Below are positions 37,946 to 47,341 of a stretch of 54,242 nucleotides of DNA, piece after piece. The notes beneath the pieces were generated by a model. That model made no database searches and had not been told where the DNA came from. It worked only from the letters and a program-made list of their open reading frames with translations. This stretch comes from Bacteroidales bacterium UBA5537 (GTDB taxonomy: Bacteria > Bacteroidota > Bacteroidia > Bacteroidales > Lentimicrobiaceae). The position numbers and the translations under genes are program-made. How positions within the stretch are numbered: the first letter of the stretch is position 1; each line of letters opens with the position of its first letter. The DNA lies in the NCBI GenBank assembly GCA_002426025.1, contig DINP01000102.1:58189-112430 (forward strand), given 5' to 3'.

Positions 37946-39175
37946 TTAGGTGTATGACAAAATGCGTTGCTCACCTTCCAGCTCGCGGTAGCGGTTTACA
38001 TTATGTGAAACTTCAAGAGTACCAAGATATTCACCTTTTTCATCGCGCATAGCGAAGTATTCGATGTGGATCATTTTACCACCCATATTAATCCAGAACG
38101 GAGCACGGCTTTGACGACCGGTTTTAAAATCGTCAATAATTTTATCTACAATATGTGCACTTGCCGGTGGATGGCAATGCCGCACATCGCGGTTGAGAAT
38201 GGCACGGTTGCGCTGAAAAATGCGTTCTGCACCCTGTGAAAAGTATTTAACCTTGTCGTCTTTATCAACAAAGGTCATGTCAATCGGCAGTGTGTTTAAA
38301 ATGGCCAGCAGTTCGCCGGCTGTAAAACCGCCGGATGGCAATTGGATGTAATTTCCGGTTTTTTGCACATCGTCAACACTGGTTTCTTCTGCCCACGTTG
38401 GTTTCCAGGTAATCTGTGGGTCGTAGAGGCAAAAACCGATTTCGAGTGATTGCTTGCTTATTTCGTACCATTCAGCTTCTGTTAGCTTATCAAGAGCCAT
38501 CGGGAAAAGTATTTGCTCCTCTTTTACCGTCATGTCATCAATGCCAAAAAGCGCCTGGCTTAATACAATTTCAGCGGAAGCGAGTAAATCTTCACGTGTA
38601 ATATTGTCAACCTGAAGGATTTCGATACTTCCTTTAATCAGTTCCCTTATTTCGTCGTGCTTTCCCCACATTACTTTCGGCGGTCCGGTTACCCCTTTGC
38701 TTTCCAGATATGGGAAAAGCAGGTATTCCTTGCGCTGGTAATGCTTGTCGGCATCAAATAAATTATTGAACAAACCGCGTAATTTCAGAACTTTATCCTG
38801 AATGTCAGCATTACCGCTTTGCTTTATCTCCTCGAGAATAGCGTTTGCCTGCGCGGTGGTTAGCAACAGGGCTTCATTCTCTTTGGTAAACAGATCAACC
38901 GGATGCCCGGCTGGGATTGACTGCGAGCCGCTCAGGTCAATATTTCCCTGAAGCACTGCAGAATGCGCATCGCAGAGTTTTAAAACCTCTTCTTCGGGAA
39001 GACCTTCGCTGATCAGTTCCTGTTCCACCTCAACAACTTCGCCATAAGGAATTTGCTTGAGACTTTGCATTAGTTCCTGCCTTACTGATTCCTGTGAATT
39101 GCCCTCGTGAAGTTTCAGAATAAGCTCTTTAAGTTGAGCTTTGCGTTTATCGGAGTTATTTATAAGTTCACTCAT
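37946..39175 (-). CDS. DUF438 / hemerythrin-like / PAS protein
   Basis: LCDAHSAVL, GHPV, HYQRKEYLLFPYLE, VMWGKHDEIR, KEEQILFP, C-terminal PAS (LPIDMTFVDKDD, CHPPAS). Confidence 0.88.
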   Translation of the reverse strand: MSELINNSDKRKAQLKELILKLHEGNSQESVRQELMQSLKQIPYGEVVEVEQELISEGLPEEEVLKLCDAHSAVLQGNIDLSGSQSIPAGHPVDLFTKENEALLLTTAQANAILEEIKQSGNADIQDKVLKLRGLFNNLFDADKHYQRKEYLLFPYLESKGVTGPPKVMWGKHDEIRELIKGSIEILQVDNITREDLLASAEIVLSQALFGIDDMTVKEEQILFPMALDKLTEAEWYEISKQSLEIGFCLYDPQITWKPTWAEETSVDDVQKTGNYIQLPSGGFTAGELLAILNTLPIDMTFVDKDDKVKYFSQGAERIFQRNRAILNRDVRHCHPPASAHIVDKIIDDFKTGRQSRAPFWINMGGKMIHIEYFAMRDEKGEYLGTLEVSHNVNRYRELEGEQRILSYT

Positions 39176-39246
39176 GACGTTAAGGATTTATGGTTTGAAA
39201 TTACAAAGCAAATTCACTTTGTTTCTTTGCTTCATGTATCAACCAT

Positions 39247-39276
39247 ACCTGCCGGCATTTTGTTTTACCGGCAGGT
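39247..39276. terminator. Stem-loop downstream of hcp
   Basis: ACCTGCCGG-N12-CCGGCAGGT; weak U-tract, so it could instead be an mRNA-stabilising hairpin. Confidence 0.5.
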
Positions 39277-39291
39277 GGTTTATTGTATTAT

Positions 39292-40953
39292 TTAGTTCTG
39301 GAAAAGTTTCATGTCCTCGTCAACTGATCCGATAGGGGCAATGCCAAAAGTATTTACAAGTACATTGGCAACATTGGGCGACAAGAATGCCGGAAGGGTA
39401 GGGCCGAGGTGAATATTCTTCACTCCAAGTGATAGCAGTGCAAGCAAAACGATCACGGCTTTCTGTTCGTACCAGGCGATGTTGTAAGCAATTGGTAATT
39501 CATTGATGTCGTTAAGTTCGAAAACCTCTTTCAGTTTCATTGCGATAACTGCCAGTGAATAAGAGTCGTTGCATTGTCCGGCATCGAGTACGCGTGGAAT
39601 TCCACCGATATCGCCCAAAGGCAGTTTGTTGTACCTGTATTTGGCACATCCTGCAGTTAGGATTACAGTATCTTTGGGAAGCTTTTCAGCAAATTCGGTG
39701 TAGTAGTTGCGGTCTTTCATTCTGCCATCGCAGCCTGCCATTACAAAGAATTTGCGAATGGCACCTGATTTGACAGCATCAACAACTTTATCGGCCAGGG
39801 CAAAAACCTGGGCATGGGCAAATCCGCCGATAATCTCACCAGTTTCAATCTCAACCGGGGGTTGGCAGGTTTTTGCAAGCGAAATTATTTCAGAGAAATC
39901 TTTCATACCACCATTTTCGCGGTCAGCAATGTGCTTGAACCCAGCAAAACCCGAAGCTCCCGTGGTGAAAACCTTATCGCTGTAAGCCGCATTTGATGGT
40001 GGAGGAACGATACAATTGGTGGTGAATAAAATTGGACCATTGAAAGATTCAAACTCTTCTTTCTGCTTCCACCAGGCACTTCCATAGTTGCCAACAAATT
40101 GACTGTATTTTTTAAAAGCAGGATAATAATTGGCTGGCAGCATTTCGCTGTGGGTATATACGTCAACTCCGGTTCCTTCTGTCTGCTTCAGCAGTTCTTC
40201 CATATCTTTCAGGTCGTGTCCGCTGATGAGAATTCCCGGTTTGTCGCTAACGCCGATATTCACTTTGGTAATTTCAGGATTGCCGTAGGCTGTTGTATTG
40301 GCTTTGTCGAGTAAGGCCATTACATCTACGCCAAATTTGCCGGTTTCCATTACCAGTGCGATGTTTTCATCCAGTGTCATGGTATCGTCAAGCATCAAAG
40401 CAAGGACTTTTTGAACATGAGCATCAACCCCTGCATCTTCAAATCCGAGGTTGAGTGCGTGTTCAGCGTAGGCTGACATCCCCTTTATGCCGTAAAGTGC
40501 AAGAGCCCTGAGTGAGCGGATATCATCATCTGGTGCATCAATCCGGCCTTCAGTAGCAAAAGCTTTTGATAAAATTGCTTCATTGTTTTCGGGAACCCAG
40601 TTGCAGAAATCGCAGTCGGCCAGGTTGTCGAATTTTACTCCGGCATCAATTGTCTTTTGTTTCATCCGGTCACGAAGTTCGACCGTTTTGTAGATTTGAC
40701 CAATAAATTTTAAACGGTCGAAGTTGGCATTCGTAATTGTTGAGAAAAGAGCGTGATGAACGAAGCGGTTAACTTCGGTATCTTCAACACCTGCACTTCT
40801 GGCTTTGGTTGAAAAGTAGCTCAAACCTTTAAGGACACTTACATTTAAATCCTGAAGGTTAATAACTTCAGCATCAATCCCGCAGACTCCTTTGGGACCT
40901 GTGCAGCCGATTCCTTTGGCCGCTTCCTGGCATTGGTAACAAAACATGCTCAT
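39292..40953 (-). CDS. hcp: Hybrid cluster protein (hydroxylamine/NO reductase)
   Basis: [57 protein letters not shown]. Confidence 0.97.
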   Translation of the reverse strand: MSMFCYQCQEAAKGIGCTGPKGVCGIDAEVINLQDLNVSVLKGLSYFSTKARSAGVEDTEVNRFVHHALFSTITNANFDRLKFIGQIYKTVELRDRMKQKTIDAGVKFDNLADCDFCNWVPENNEAILSKAFATEGRIDAPDDDIRSLRALALYGIKGMSAYAEHALNLGFEDAGVDAHVQKVLALMLDDTMTLDENIALVMETGKFGVDVMALLDKANTTAYGNPEITKVNIGVSDKPGILISGHDLKDMEELLKQTEGTGVDVYTHSEMLPANYYPAFKKYSQFVGNYGSAWWKQKEEFESFNGPILFTTNCIVPPPSNAAYSDKVFTTGASGFAGFKHIADRENGGMKDFSEIISLAKTCQPPVEIETGEIIGGFAHAQVFALADKVVDAVKSGAIRKFFVMAGCDGRMKDRNYYTEFAEKLPKDTVILTAGCAKYRYNKLPLGDIGGIPRVLDAGQCNDSYSLAVIAMKLKEVFELNDINELPIAYNIAWYEQKAVIVLLALLSLGVKNIHLGPTLPAFLSPNVANVLVNTFGIAPIGSVDEDMKLFQN

Positions 40954-41021
40954 TGATTTTTTATTTTTTAGAGTTAGTATTAGTTGGTATTTAGTTATTT
41001 CTTGTTTTGGGTAGATGGGCT

Positions 41022-41054
41022 CTTCGAAAAGATATCAGGGTGAAAAGGATGGAA
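41022..41054. repeat. 33-bp dispersed element, copy 2
   Basis: cttcgaaaagatatcagggtgaaaaggatggaa, followed by octamer-like ggaatggt/ggaatatc/ggaatgat repeats. Confidence 0.85.
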
Positions 41055-41105
41055 TGGTGGAATATCGGAATGATGGAAAATTGGTACTCTGATTTGTCAT
41101 CATTC

Positions 41106-41207
41106 GTGGCTTCGATACGTTGCGAATTTACATTCATCCTGCATATTTGCATTTATAAATGCAACTACTAAGCCACCGTCATTCGTCATTCGTCATTCGT
41201 CATTCGA
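41106..41207. repeat. Structured REP-like element with an internal 18-bp perfect palindrome, followed by CATTCGT heptamers
   Basis: GTGGCTT(41106)...AAGCCAC(41176) outer stem; TTGCATTTATAAATGCAA at 41147-41164; (CATTCGT)n at ~41180-41206. Confidence 0.75.
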
Positions 41208-41219
41208 AATTCCTTTCCC

Positions 41220-42521
41220 TTACTTACCGATTCTCAAAAACTCGGGCTTAAAGCTAATTGATACCCATGCCCAGTTACTTGTTTCGTCATTGCTTCCACC
41301 TTTCAGCAAAATGGTTGATTCTGTGGTAAAGAATTGTGAATAACCCATGTTAAGGGATACTTCAGGCGTGAGTTTGTAGCCAAGGTAAATATCAAGTTCC
41401 TGTCCAAGGTTTTTGTCGGGTAAATTGGCTGGGTCATCCGGGTCAACCATATCAGCAGCAGCACTAAACAGATGGATATCTGCACCAGCACTGAAATTGT
41501 CTTTTTTGTAAAGTGCCTTTAAAAAAATGTCCTGTAGTCCCACACTATTCAGGTGGTTGCCAACAAAAAAGTAATCCATGTGACCGTTAAATTTATGACC
41601 AGTGGCATAAAGTGGATTAAAGCTTTTAGTTTCTGCAGGACTTACATCTTGCTGGTTGGTTCCCGAAAGGTATTCTATTCCCGGAATAACGCTGAAATTC
41701 TTTGTCAGGGATATATTGGCATTTGCTCCAAACATAAATGCATCAATGTTGTCGCCTGACTGACTTTTACCGCCCTGTTTGTAAGCGTTTGCTGAAAAAG
41801 TAACCGGTTTGGTTTTATAAACTAGGTTTCCGCCAATTGTTTGACTGTATTTGGTGTCATAGGTAGTAACTTCGGCCTCTTCAATAAATTGCATTCCGTT
41901 ATTCAGGAAAAGAAGGCTTACATCAAGTTTATCAAATTTTCTGTTGAGCCAGAAAAATTGCAACGCTTTATAATTGCCACTAACAGTGTAAACCCTTCCG
42001 CTTAGCTGCTCTTTATCCTGGTTGTATGCCAGTCCTGCTTGAGCTTTCCATCCTGATTTTTCAAATTTTAGCAAGCCAACATCATGGCTACGGCCCTGTT
42101 GCGCCCAGTCAACATTACCAAGAATCCGGCTATCGTCATAAACCAATTCCATTCGACCGACTTTAACCGATAGGGATGGACAAAAGAGATACTCACCCCA
42201 AACTTCATGCACCGAAAAGCTGTTGTCAGTTGCGTTCAATTGCGGCACATCGCCCCAAACCCTTACATCCTGAAGGCTGATTCCGAATTTCATCTTTTCG
42301 TTGGTGAAATTCATATTAAGTCGGGCACGCTGGGAAACAAACATGGCTGCATCCATTTTTTCGGTTGCAGGTGACTTAAAGCCGTGCCTGTATTCGGCAC
42401 GTGGGCGCAATTCGCCGCTGATAACAAACTGAGCACTGGTTATTTCTGGAACAGAAATCAAGGCGATGAGGGTGATAGTAAATAATGTTAAACGTCTTCT
42501 CATAAACTTCATAATTTGCAA
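41220..42521 (-). CDS. Outer-membrane beta-barrel, alginate-export family-like porin
   Basis: Signal ending TSA-Q; GELRPRAEYRHG, QRARLN, GRMELVYDDSRILGNVDWAQQGRSHD, YATGHKFNGHMDYF. Confidence 0.8.
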   Translation of the reverse strand: MQIMKFMRRRLTLFTITLIALISVPEITSAQFVISGELRPRAEYRHGFKSPATEKMDAAMFVSQRARLNMNFTNEKMKFGISLQDVRVWGDVPQLNATDNSFSVHEVWGEYLFCPSLSVKVGRMELVYDDSRILGNVDWAQQGRSHDVGLLKFEKSGWKAQAGLAYNQDKEQLSGRVYTVSGNYKALQFFWLNRKFDKLDVSLLFLNNGMQFIEEAEVTTYDTKYSQTIGGNLVYKTKPVTFSANAYKQGGKSQSGDNIDAFMFGANANISLTKNFSVIPGIEYLSGTNQQDVSPAETKSFNPLYATGHKFNGHMDYFFVGNHLNSVGLQDIFLKALYKKDNFSAGADIHLFSAAADMVDPDDPANLPDKNLGQELDIYLGYKLTPEVSLNMGYSQFFTTESTILLKGGSNDETSNWAWVSISFKPEFLRIGK

Positions 42522-42576
42522 AGAATTAAAAAATGGACTTAAAGCACTGATTTATTAGAAATTAGAAATTTCTTCC

Positions 42577-43548
42577 CTAAACCCACTCTTCGTTCAGCAC
42601 ATTTCCCTGAACCCCGATAATGGATTTTTTAATAGGAACATTCCTTCCGGCCTGTTGCCTTGCCATGGTCGCCATCTGCAACAATCCAGAACAACAGGGA
42701 ACTTCCATCATAATTACACTCAAGGTATTGATGTTGCTTTGGCTGATCATAGTGGTCAGTTTTTCGAAATATGATTCTTTGTTAGAATCAAGCTTCGGGC
42801 AGGCGATCGCAAGTGTTTTGCCTTTCAAATAGTGGCTGTGGAAATTGCCCATCGAAAAGGCTACACAATCAGCGGCAAGCACTACATCGGCATTTTTAAA
42901 ATAACCCGCCTGCGGATTGAGCAAGTGTAACTGAACCGGCCACTGGCGTAATTCGGAAGGTGCATTTGTTTCTGGCGCACGAGTTGCAGGCTCTATACTG
43001 GCGACTGCAGCAGCTTCATTAACCTTATCAAGATCAATCCTGAAATTAATTGGTTGAGAGCCCGGGCATCCGCCGCCACAACCATTCGACGATGGGGCAG
43101 GGGAGGCGGCAGTTCTGGCCTGGTTCAGGTTATCGAAGGCAGTTGTGTGATCGTGCTTGTGCTCATGTTTCGGTTTGGCTATATTATCGTCGTTTTTCGG
43201 GCTCATGTCAATCTCATTCTCTTTAATAAAATTAATGGCTTGTTTCAACAGGTCAGTTTCATTGTGGTCGCGCAGGTGTTCGAGATGGGCCAGAATGGTA
43301 TTCCGTCCTTTCGGAACCATCAGTGCCATAACCTTAATTTCATCATAAGGCTCGGCTTCCCGCTCTTCCATGGTAATGGCACCTTCGGGGCAATGACCGA
43401 TGCAGGCGCCTAGTCCGTCGCAAAACAGGTCGCTAATGAGGCGGGCTTTGCCGTCAATAATCTGTAGAGCTCCTTCGTGGCAATTAGGTACACAATTGCC
43501 ACAACCATTGCATAACTCTTCGTCTATTTTTATGATTGTCCGTTTCAT
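42577..43548 (-). CDS. 4Fe-4S dicluster protein with Cys-rich C-terminal domain
   Basis: CNGCGNCVPNCHEG, CDGLGACIGHCPEG, GCPGS, LRQWPVQLHL, ACPKLD, MEVPCC. Confidence 0.88.
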   Translation of the reverse strand: MKRTIIKIDEELCNGCGNCVPNCHEGALQIIDGKARLISDLFCDGLGACIGHCPEGAITMEEREAEPYDEIKVMALMVPKGRNTILAHLEHLRDHNETDLLKQAINFIKENEIDMSPKNDDNIAKPKHEHKHDHTTAFDNLNQARTAASPAPSSNGCGGGCPGSQPINFRIDLDKVNEAAAVASIEPATRAPETNAPSELRQWPVQLHLLNPQAGYFKNADVVLAADCVAFSMGNFHSHYLKGKTLAIACPKLDSNKESYFEKLTTMISQSNINTLSVIMMEVPCCSGLLQMATMARQQAGRNVPIKKSIIGVQGNVLNEEWV

Positions 43549-43552
43549 TTAA

Positions 43553-43960
43553 TTATTGTTTTGAAATGAGATCAAATAAAGTTTTATTCCGCAAATACTC
43601 AATAAAATCAGCCGAAAACTTATCAGCAAGGCCGCCAAATACACAAATATCAAAAGGGCATTTCTGTGTTTCAATTCCACAGTGGTGCTCTTCTATATTT
43701 CCTTCAATTAATTCATAAATTTCGAGAAGGTTTATCTGTCTCGGGTCACCTTTCAGGGTAAAACCGCCTTTTGGGCCTCTTACTGAATCGAGGTAGCCAT
43801 TTTTTACCAGAATCTGCATTACCTTCGCCAGGTGGTTACGGGAGGAATGGGTGATGTCTGCTATCTGGTTCACATTCAGTATTTCAGAACTGCCTGCAAT
43901 AAGCACCATGCCATGAACTGCCAGGGATGCTGCCTCAGAAATGTGAACCACTTTTGCCAT
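43553..43960 (-). CDS. Rrf2-family regulator (copy 1)
   Basis: LDSVRGPKGGF wing motif; C-x6-CP-x3-C putative Fe-S ligands. Confidence 0.92.
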   Translation of the reverse strand: MAKVVHISEAASLAVHGMVLIAGSSEILNVNQIADITHSSRNHLAKVMQILVKNGYLDSVRGPKGGFTLKGDPRQINLLEIYELIEGNIEEHHCGIETQKCPFDICVFGGLADKFSADFIEYLRNKTLFDLISKQ

Positions 43961-43979
43961 GAGTTTTCCTTATAGATGT

Positions 43980-44003
43980 AATTCGGTATTTGAATACGCA
44001 AAT
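43980..44003. promoter_or_regulatory. Candidate Rrf2 operator, site 1 (GTATT-N2-AATAC), abutting a -7 box at 43999-44006
   Basis: aattcggtatttgaatacgcaaat, 20/24 identical to 44504-44527. Confidence 0.55.
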
Positions 44004-44095
44004 ATACGTACATTTATAAATGCCGTCCAAGAAAAAAATTAAAAAAATTGTATTATTTTATAATGAATTGTATATCAATATATTATAACATATGG

Positions 44096-44497
44096 TTACT
44101 CGATAAAGTCTTTAAGTGTTTGGCTGCTCATATACGTTTTAAATTCCAGTGTCATTTTTTTAACAATATTTCCCATCAGACATTTTTGAAACGGACAAAC
44201 CGGATTTTCGACCGGACAGTTTACTTCATCAAGTTTGCCCTCAATAGCCTCATATATTTGTAATAAGGTAATACTTTCAGCAGGAGCTTTCAAAAGGAAG
44301 CCACCCGATGGCCCCCTGTTAGATGTTAGAAATCCTTCTTTTACAAGTCGTTGCAGAATCTTAGCGACATGGTGCTTCGAGGCACCTGTACGTTCCGAAA
44401 TTTTGATAACATTCAGGTTTTCTTTTGCCGAAGCTATTAAGACCATTCCATGGATAGCAATGGATGCAGCTTCGGATAGGGAGATAATCTTAGACAT
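44096..44497 (-). CDS. Rrf2-family regulator (copy 2)
   Basis: LTSNRGPSGGF; C-x6-CP-x3-C; N-terminus paralogous to copy 1 (SEAAS.A.HGMVLIA). Confidence 0.92.
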   Translation of the reverse strand: MSKIISLSEAASIAIHGMVLIASAKENLNVIKISERTGASKHHVAKILQRLVKEGFLTSNRGPSGGFLLKAPAESITLLQIYEAIEGKLDEVNCPVENPVCPFQKCLMGNIVKKMTLEFKTYMSSQTLKDFIE

Positions 44498-44503
44498 TGG
44501 TAC

Positions 44504-44527
44504 AATTGAGTATTTGAGTAGGCAAAT
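44504..44527. promoter_or_regulatory. Candidate Rrf2 operator, site 2
   Basis: aattgagtatttgagtaggcaaat immediately upstream of Rrf2 copy 2. Confidence 0.5.
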
Positions 44528-44690
44528 TTCGGAATAATTATATTCAATTCTTTGTATGTATCAGATTCACAAAGTACCCAAAACCTTATGATTAGCTTAA
44601 TGATCAATGATATAGGCACTTTCACAGCAAGCTGGTTAATAAATATTAATGAAGTTTATATTCATTTTAAATAAGTGAAGGATTTATACC

Positions 44691-44698
44691 TACTTTTG
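44691..44698 (+). promoter_or_regulatory. -7 promoter element of typA
   Basis: TACTTTTG, 36 nt before the ATG. Confidence 0.7.
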
Positions 44699-44733
44699 CA
44701 TTTCTTTTCAGATTCATAAAAATACAAGTCAAA

Positions 44734-46536
44734 ATGCAGAATATCAGGAATATAGCAATTATTGCCCATGTTGATCATGGTAAAACTACTCTGGTTGACA
44801 GAATTCTTCACCAGGTTAAACTTTTCAGGGATAACCAGGATATGGGTGAACTTATTCTTGACAGCAACGACCTTGAGCGGGAACGTGGAATTACCATTCT
44901 TTCAAAAAATGTTTCAGTACGATACAAAGGCTTCAAAATTAATATTATAGATACACCTGGGCACAGCGATTTTGGCGGTGAGGTAGAGCGTGTACTCAAT
45001 ATGGCCGATGGCGTTTTGCTGCTGGTTGATGCATTTGAAGGGCCAATGCCGCAAACCCGTTTTGTTTTGCAGAAAGCCATTACACTGAATCTGAAACCGA
45101 TTGTTGTAATTAATAAAGTAGATAAACCAAACTGTGACCCGGAAGGTGTGCAGGAAGCTGTTTTCGATCTGATGTTTAACCTCGATGCCTCTGAGGATCA
45201 GCTTAACTTTCCAACCGTTTTCGGATCGTCAAAAGAGGGTTGGATGTCGGGTGACTGGAAAACTCCTGCTGAGGATGTTACCTATTTATTAGATTCAATT
45301 ATTGAGCACATTCCGGCAGCAAAATTTGAAGAAGGAACCACCCAGATGCAGATTACCTCACTCGATTACTCTTCCTATGTAGGCCGTATTGCTGTGGGGA
45401 GATTATCGCGCGGTGTGTTGCGCTGGGGGATGAATGTTTCTCTAATCAAACAGGATGGCCGTATTTTTAAATCGAAAATTAAGGAGTTGTACACTTTTGA
45501 AGGGCTTGGGAAAGAAAAAACCAAAGCCGATGTGCTTCCCGGTGAGATTTGCGCGGTACTTGGACTCGATGATTTTGAAATCGGTGATACCATTGCCGAT
45601 TTCGAAACCCCGGAAGCCCTGAAACCAATGCAGATTGATGAGCCAACCATGAGTATGCTCTTTACCATCAACAACTCTCCTTTCTATGGTCGTGAAGGAA
45701 AATTTGTTACTTCCCGACATTTGCGTGAGCGCTTGTTTAAGGAAATTGAGAAAAATCTGGCTATGCGCCTGGTTGAGACAGATTCTCCGGAAGCTCTTAT
45801 GGTTTATGGAAGGGGAATTCTCCATCTGTCAATCCTGGTTGAGACCATGCGGCGCGAAGGTTATGAGCTGCAGTTGGGACAGCCTCAGGTTATTATCAAG
45901 CAAATTGATGGTGTTGATCATGAGCCTGTTGAAATGCTTACCGTTCACGTGCCTGAAGCCTTTTCGGGAAAAGTGATAGAACTGGTTACCCAGCGCCGTG
46001 GCGAAATTGCAACCATCGAAACAAAAGGCGACCGAATTCACCTTGAGTTTAAGATTCCTTCGCGAGGTATTATAGGGCTGCGTAATAATGTACTTACTGC
46101 AACCGAAGGTGAAGCAATCATGGCTCACCGTTTTCTTGATTTCGAACCCTGGAAGGGTGAAATCGCCGGAAGACGCAATGGTGCTCTTATCGCAATGGAA
46201 ACAGGAATAGCCATCGCTTACTCTATTGATAAGCTGCAGGACCGTGGCTCCTTCTTTGTGCATCCCAACGAGGAAATTTATGCCGGACAGGTGATTGGCG
46301 AACAGATCAGGCCCGACGATATGCTGGTGAATATTACCAAAACGAAAAAACTTACCAATGTCCGCGCATCAGGAACCGATGATAAAATATTTATTGTTCC
46401 GGCTATTAAATTCTCACTCGAAGAGGCAATGGAATATATTGGCAAGGATGAATATCTGGAAGTTACGCCCCGTTCACTCAGACTGCGCAAGATTATCCTG
46501 GATGAGCATGACCGCAAACGTGCTTCAAAAAGCTAA
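44734..46536 (+). CDS. typA: Translational GTPase TypA/BipA
   Basis: AHVDHGKTT, ERERGITILSK, DTPGHSDFGGEVER, NKVD, RGILHLSIL, EVTP. Confidence 0.98.
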   Translation: MQNIRNIAIIAHVDHGKTTLVDRILHQVKLFRDNQDMGELILDSNDLERERGITILSKNVSVRYKGFKINIIDTPGHSDFGGEVERVLNMADGVLLLVDAFEGPMPQTRFVLQKAITLNLKPIVVINKVDKPNCDPEGVQEAVFDLMFNLDASEDQLNFPTVFGSSKEGWMSGDWKTPAEDVTYLLDSIIEHIPAAKFEEGTTQMQITSLDYSSYVGRIAVGRLSRGVLRWGMNVSLIKQDGRIFKSKIKELYTFEGLGKEKTKADVLPGEICAVLGLDDFEIGDTIADFETPEALKPMQIDEPTMSMLFTINNSPFYGREGKFVTSRHLRERLFKEIEKNLAMRLVETDSPEALMVYGRGILHLSILVETMRREGYELQLGQPQVIIKQIDGVDHEPVEMLTVHVPEAFSGKVIELVTQRRGEIATIETKGDRIHLEFKIPSRGIIGLRNNVLTATEGEAIMAHRFLDFEPWKGEIAGRRNGALIAMETGIAIAYSIDKLQDRGSFFVHPNEEIYAGQVIGEQIRPDDMLVNITKTKKLTNVRASGTDDKIFIVPAIKFSLEEAMEYIGKDEYLEVTPRSLRLRKIILDEHDRKRASKS

Positions 46537-46564
46537 AGGCCAGTCATAGCTGGTATTTAATATT

Positions 46565-46591
46565 CAGGGATGCGAGATTTTCGTATCCCTG
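46565..46591 (+). terminator. Terminator after typA
   Basis: CAGGGATGCGA-gattt-TCGTATCCCTG then TTGCTTT. Confidence 0.7.
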
Positions 46592-46707
46592 TTGCTTTCA
46601 CTGACAAATCAGGAATTTCGCGGCATACAACATTTCCGGCAGCATATTTGTTATTAAATCCGCATTGATTTATTAAATTCGTTTCTATCTTTCACAAAAA
46701 TCCAATC

Positions 46708-47307
46708 ATGAAAAAACTTGTTTTTATTGCTTCATTCATTCTGTCCTTAACCATCATTTCAGGATGTGATATTCTTGATCAGGCCAGGCAGGTTGCCATG
46801 TTATCGAAGTGCGAATTCAAACTCAGTTCGGTTGATCAGTTGCAGCTTGCCGGGGTTAATATTCAGCATATCAACAAGCTGACTGACCTTAACATTATGG
46901 ATGCAGCGAAAATAACCACAGCTGCAATGGGTAGCAGCCTGCCGCTGAATTTTACCCTGAACGTTGAAGCAAAAAATCCCAATTCGGCTACTGCCGGAAT
47001 GACAAAACTTGACTGGATTCTATTGATTGATGATATTGAAATGGTTAGTGGTGTTAATAATCAGCGTGTTCAGATTCCGGCCAACGGTGGAACAGCCATT
47101 CTTCCGCTTACTATTGGCATTGACCTGAAACAAGCGCTTAAAGGCCGCAGTGCCGATGCCATTGCCAACTTCGGACTGAATCTGGCAGGAGCCGGAAACA
47201 AACCCACCCGCATTACACTCAAAGCCAAGCCAACTATTATGGTTGGTTCACAGTCAATTGCCTATCCGGGTTATCTGACGGTGCAGAATGAGTTTACTTC
47301 CAGGTAG
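46708..47307 (+). CDS. LEA type 2 (WHy) domain lipoprotein
   Basis: Lipobox ISG-C; VEAKNPN..A.MTKLDWILLIDD pattern. Confidence 0.75.
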   Translation: MKKLVFIASFILSLTIISGCDILDQARQVAMLSKCEFKLSSVDQLQLAGVNIQHINKLTDLNIMDAAKITTAAMGSSLPLNFTLNVEAKNPNSATAGMTKLDWILLIDDIEMVSGVNNQRVQIPANGGTAILPLTIGIDLKQALKGRSADAIANFGLNLAGAGNKPTRITLKAKPTIMVGSQSIAYPGYLTVQNEFTSR

Positions 47308-47341
47308 TTATTTCAGATTTCAGATTTCCGATTGCTGGTGT

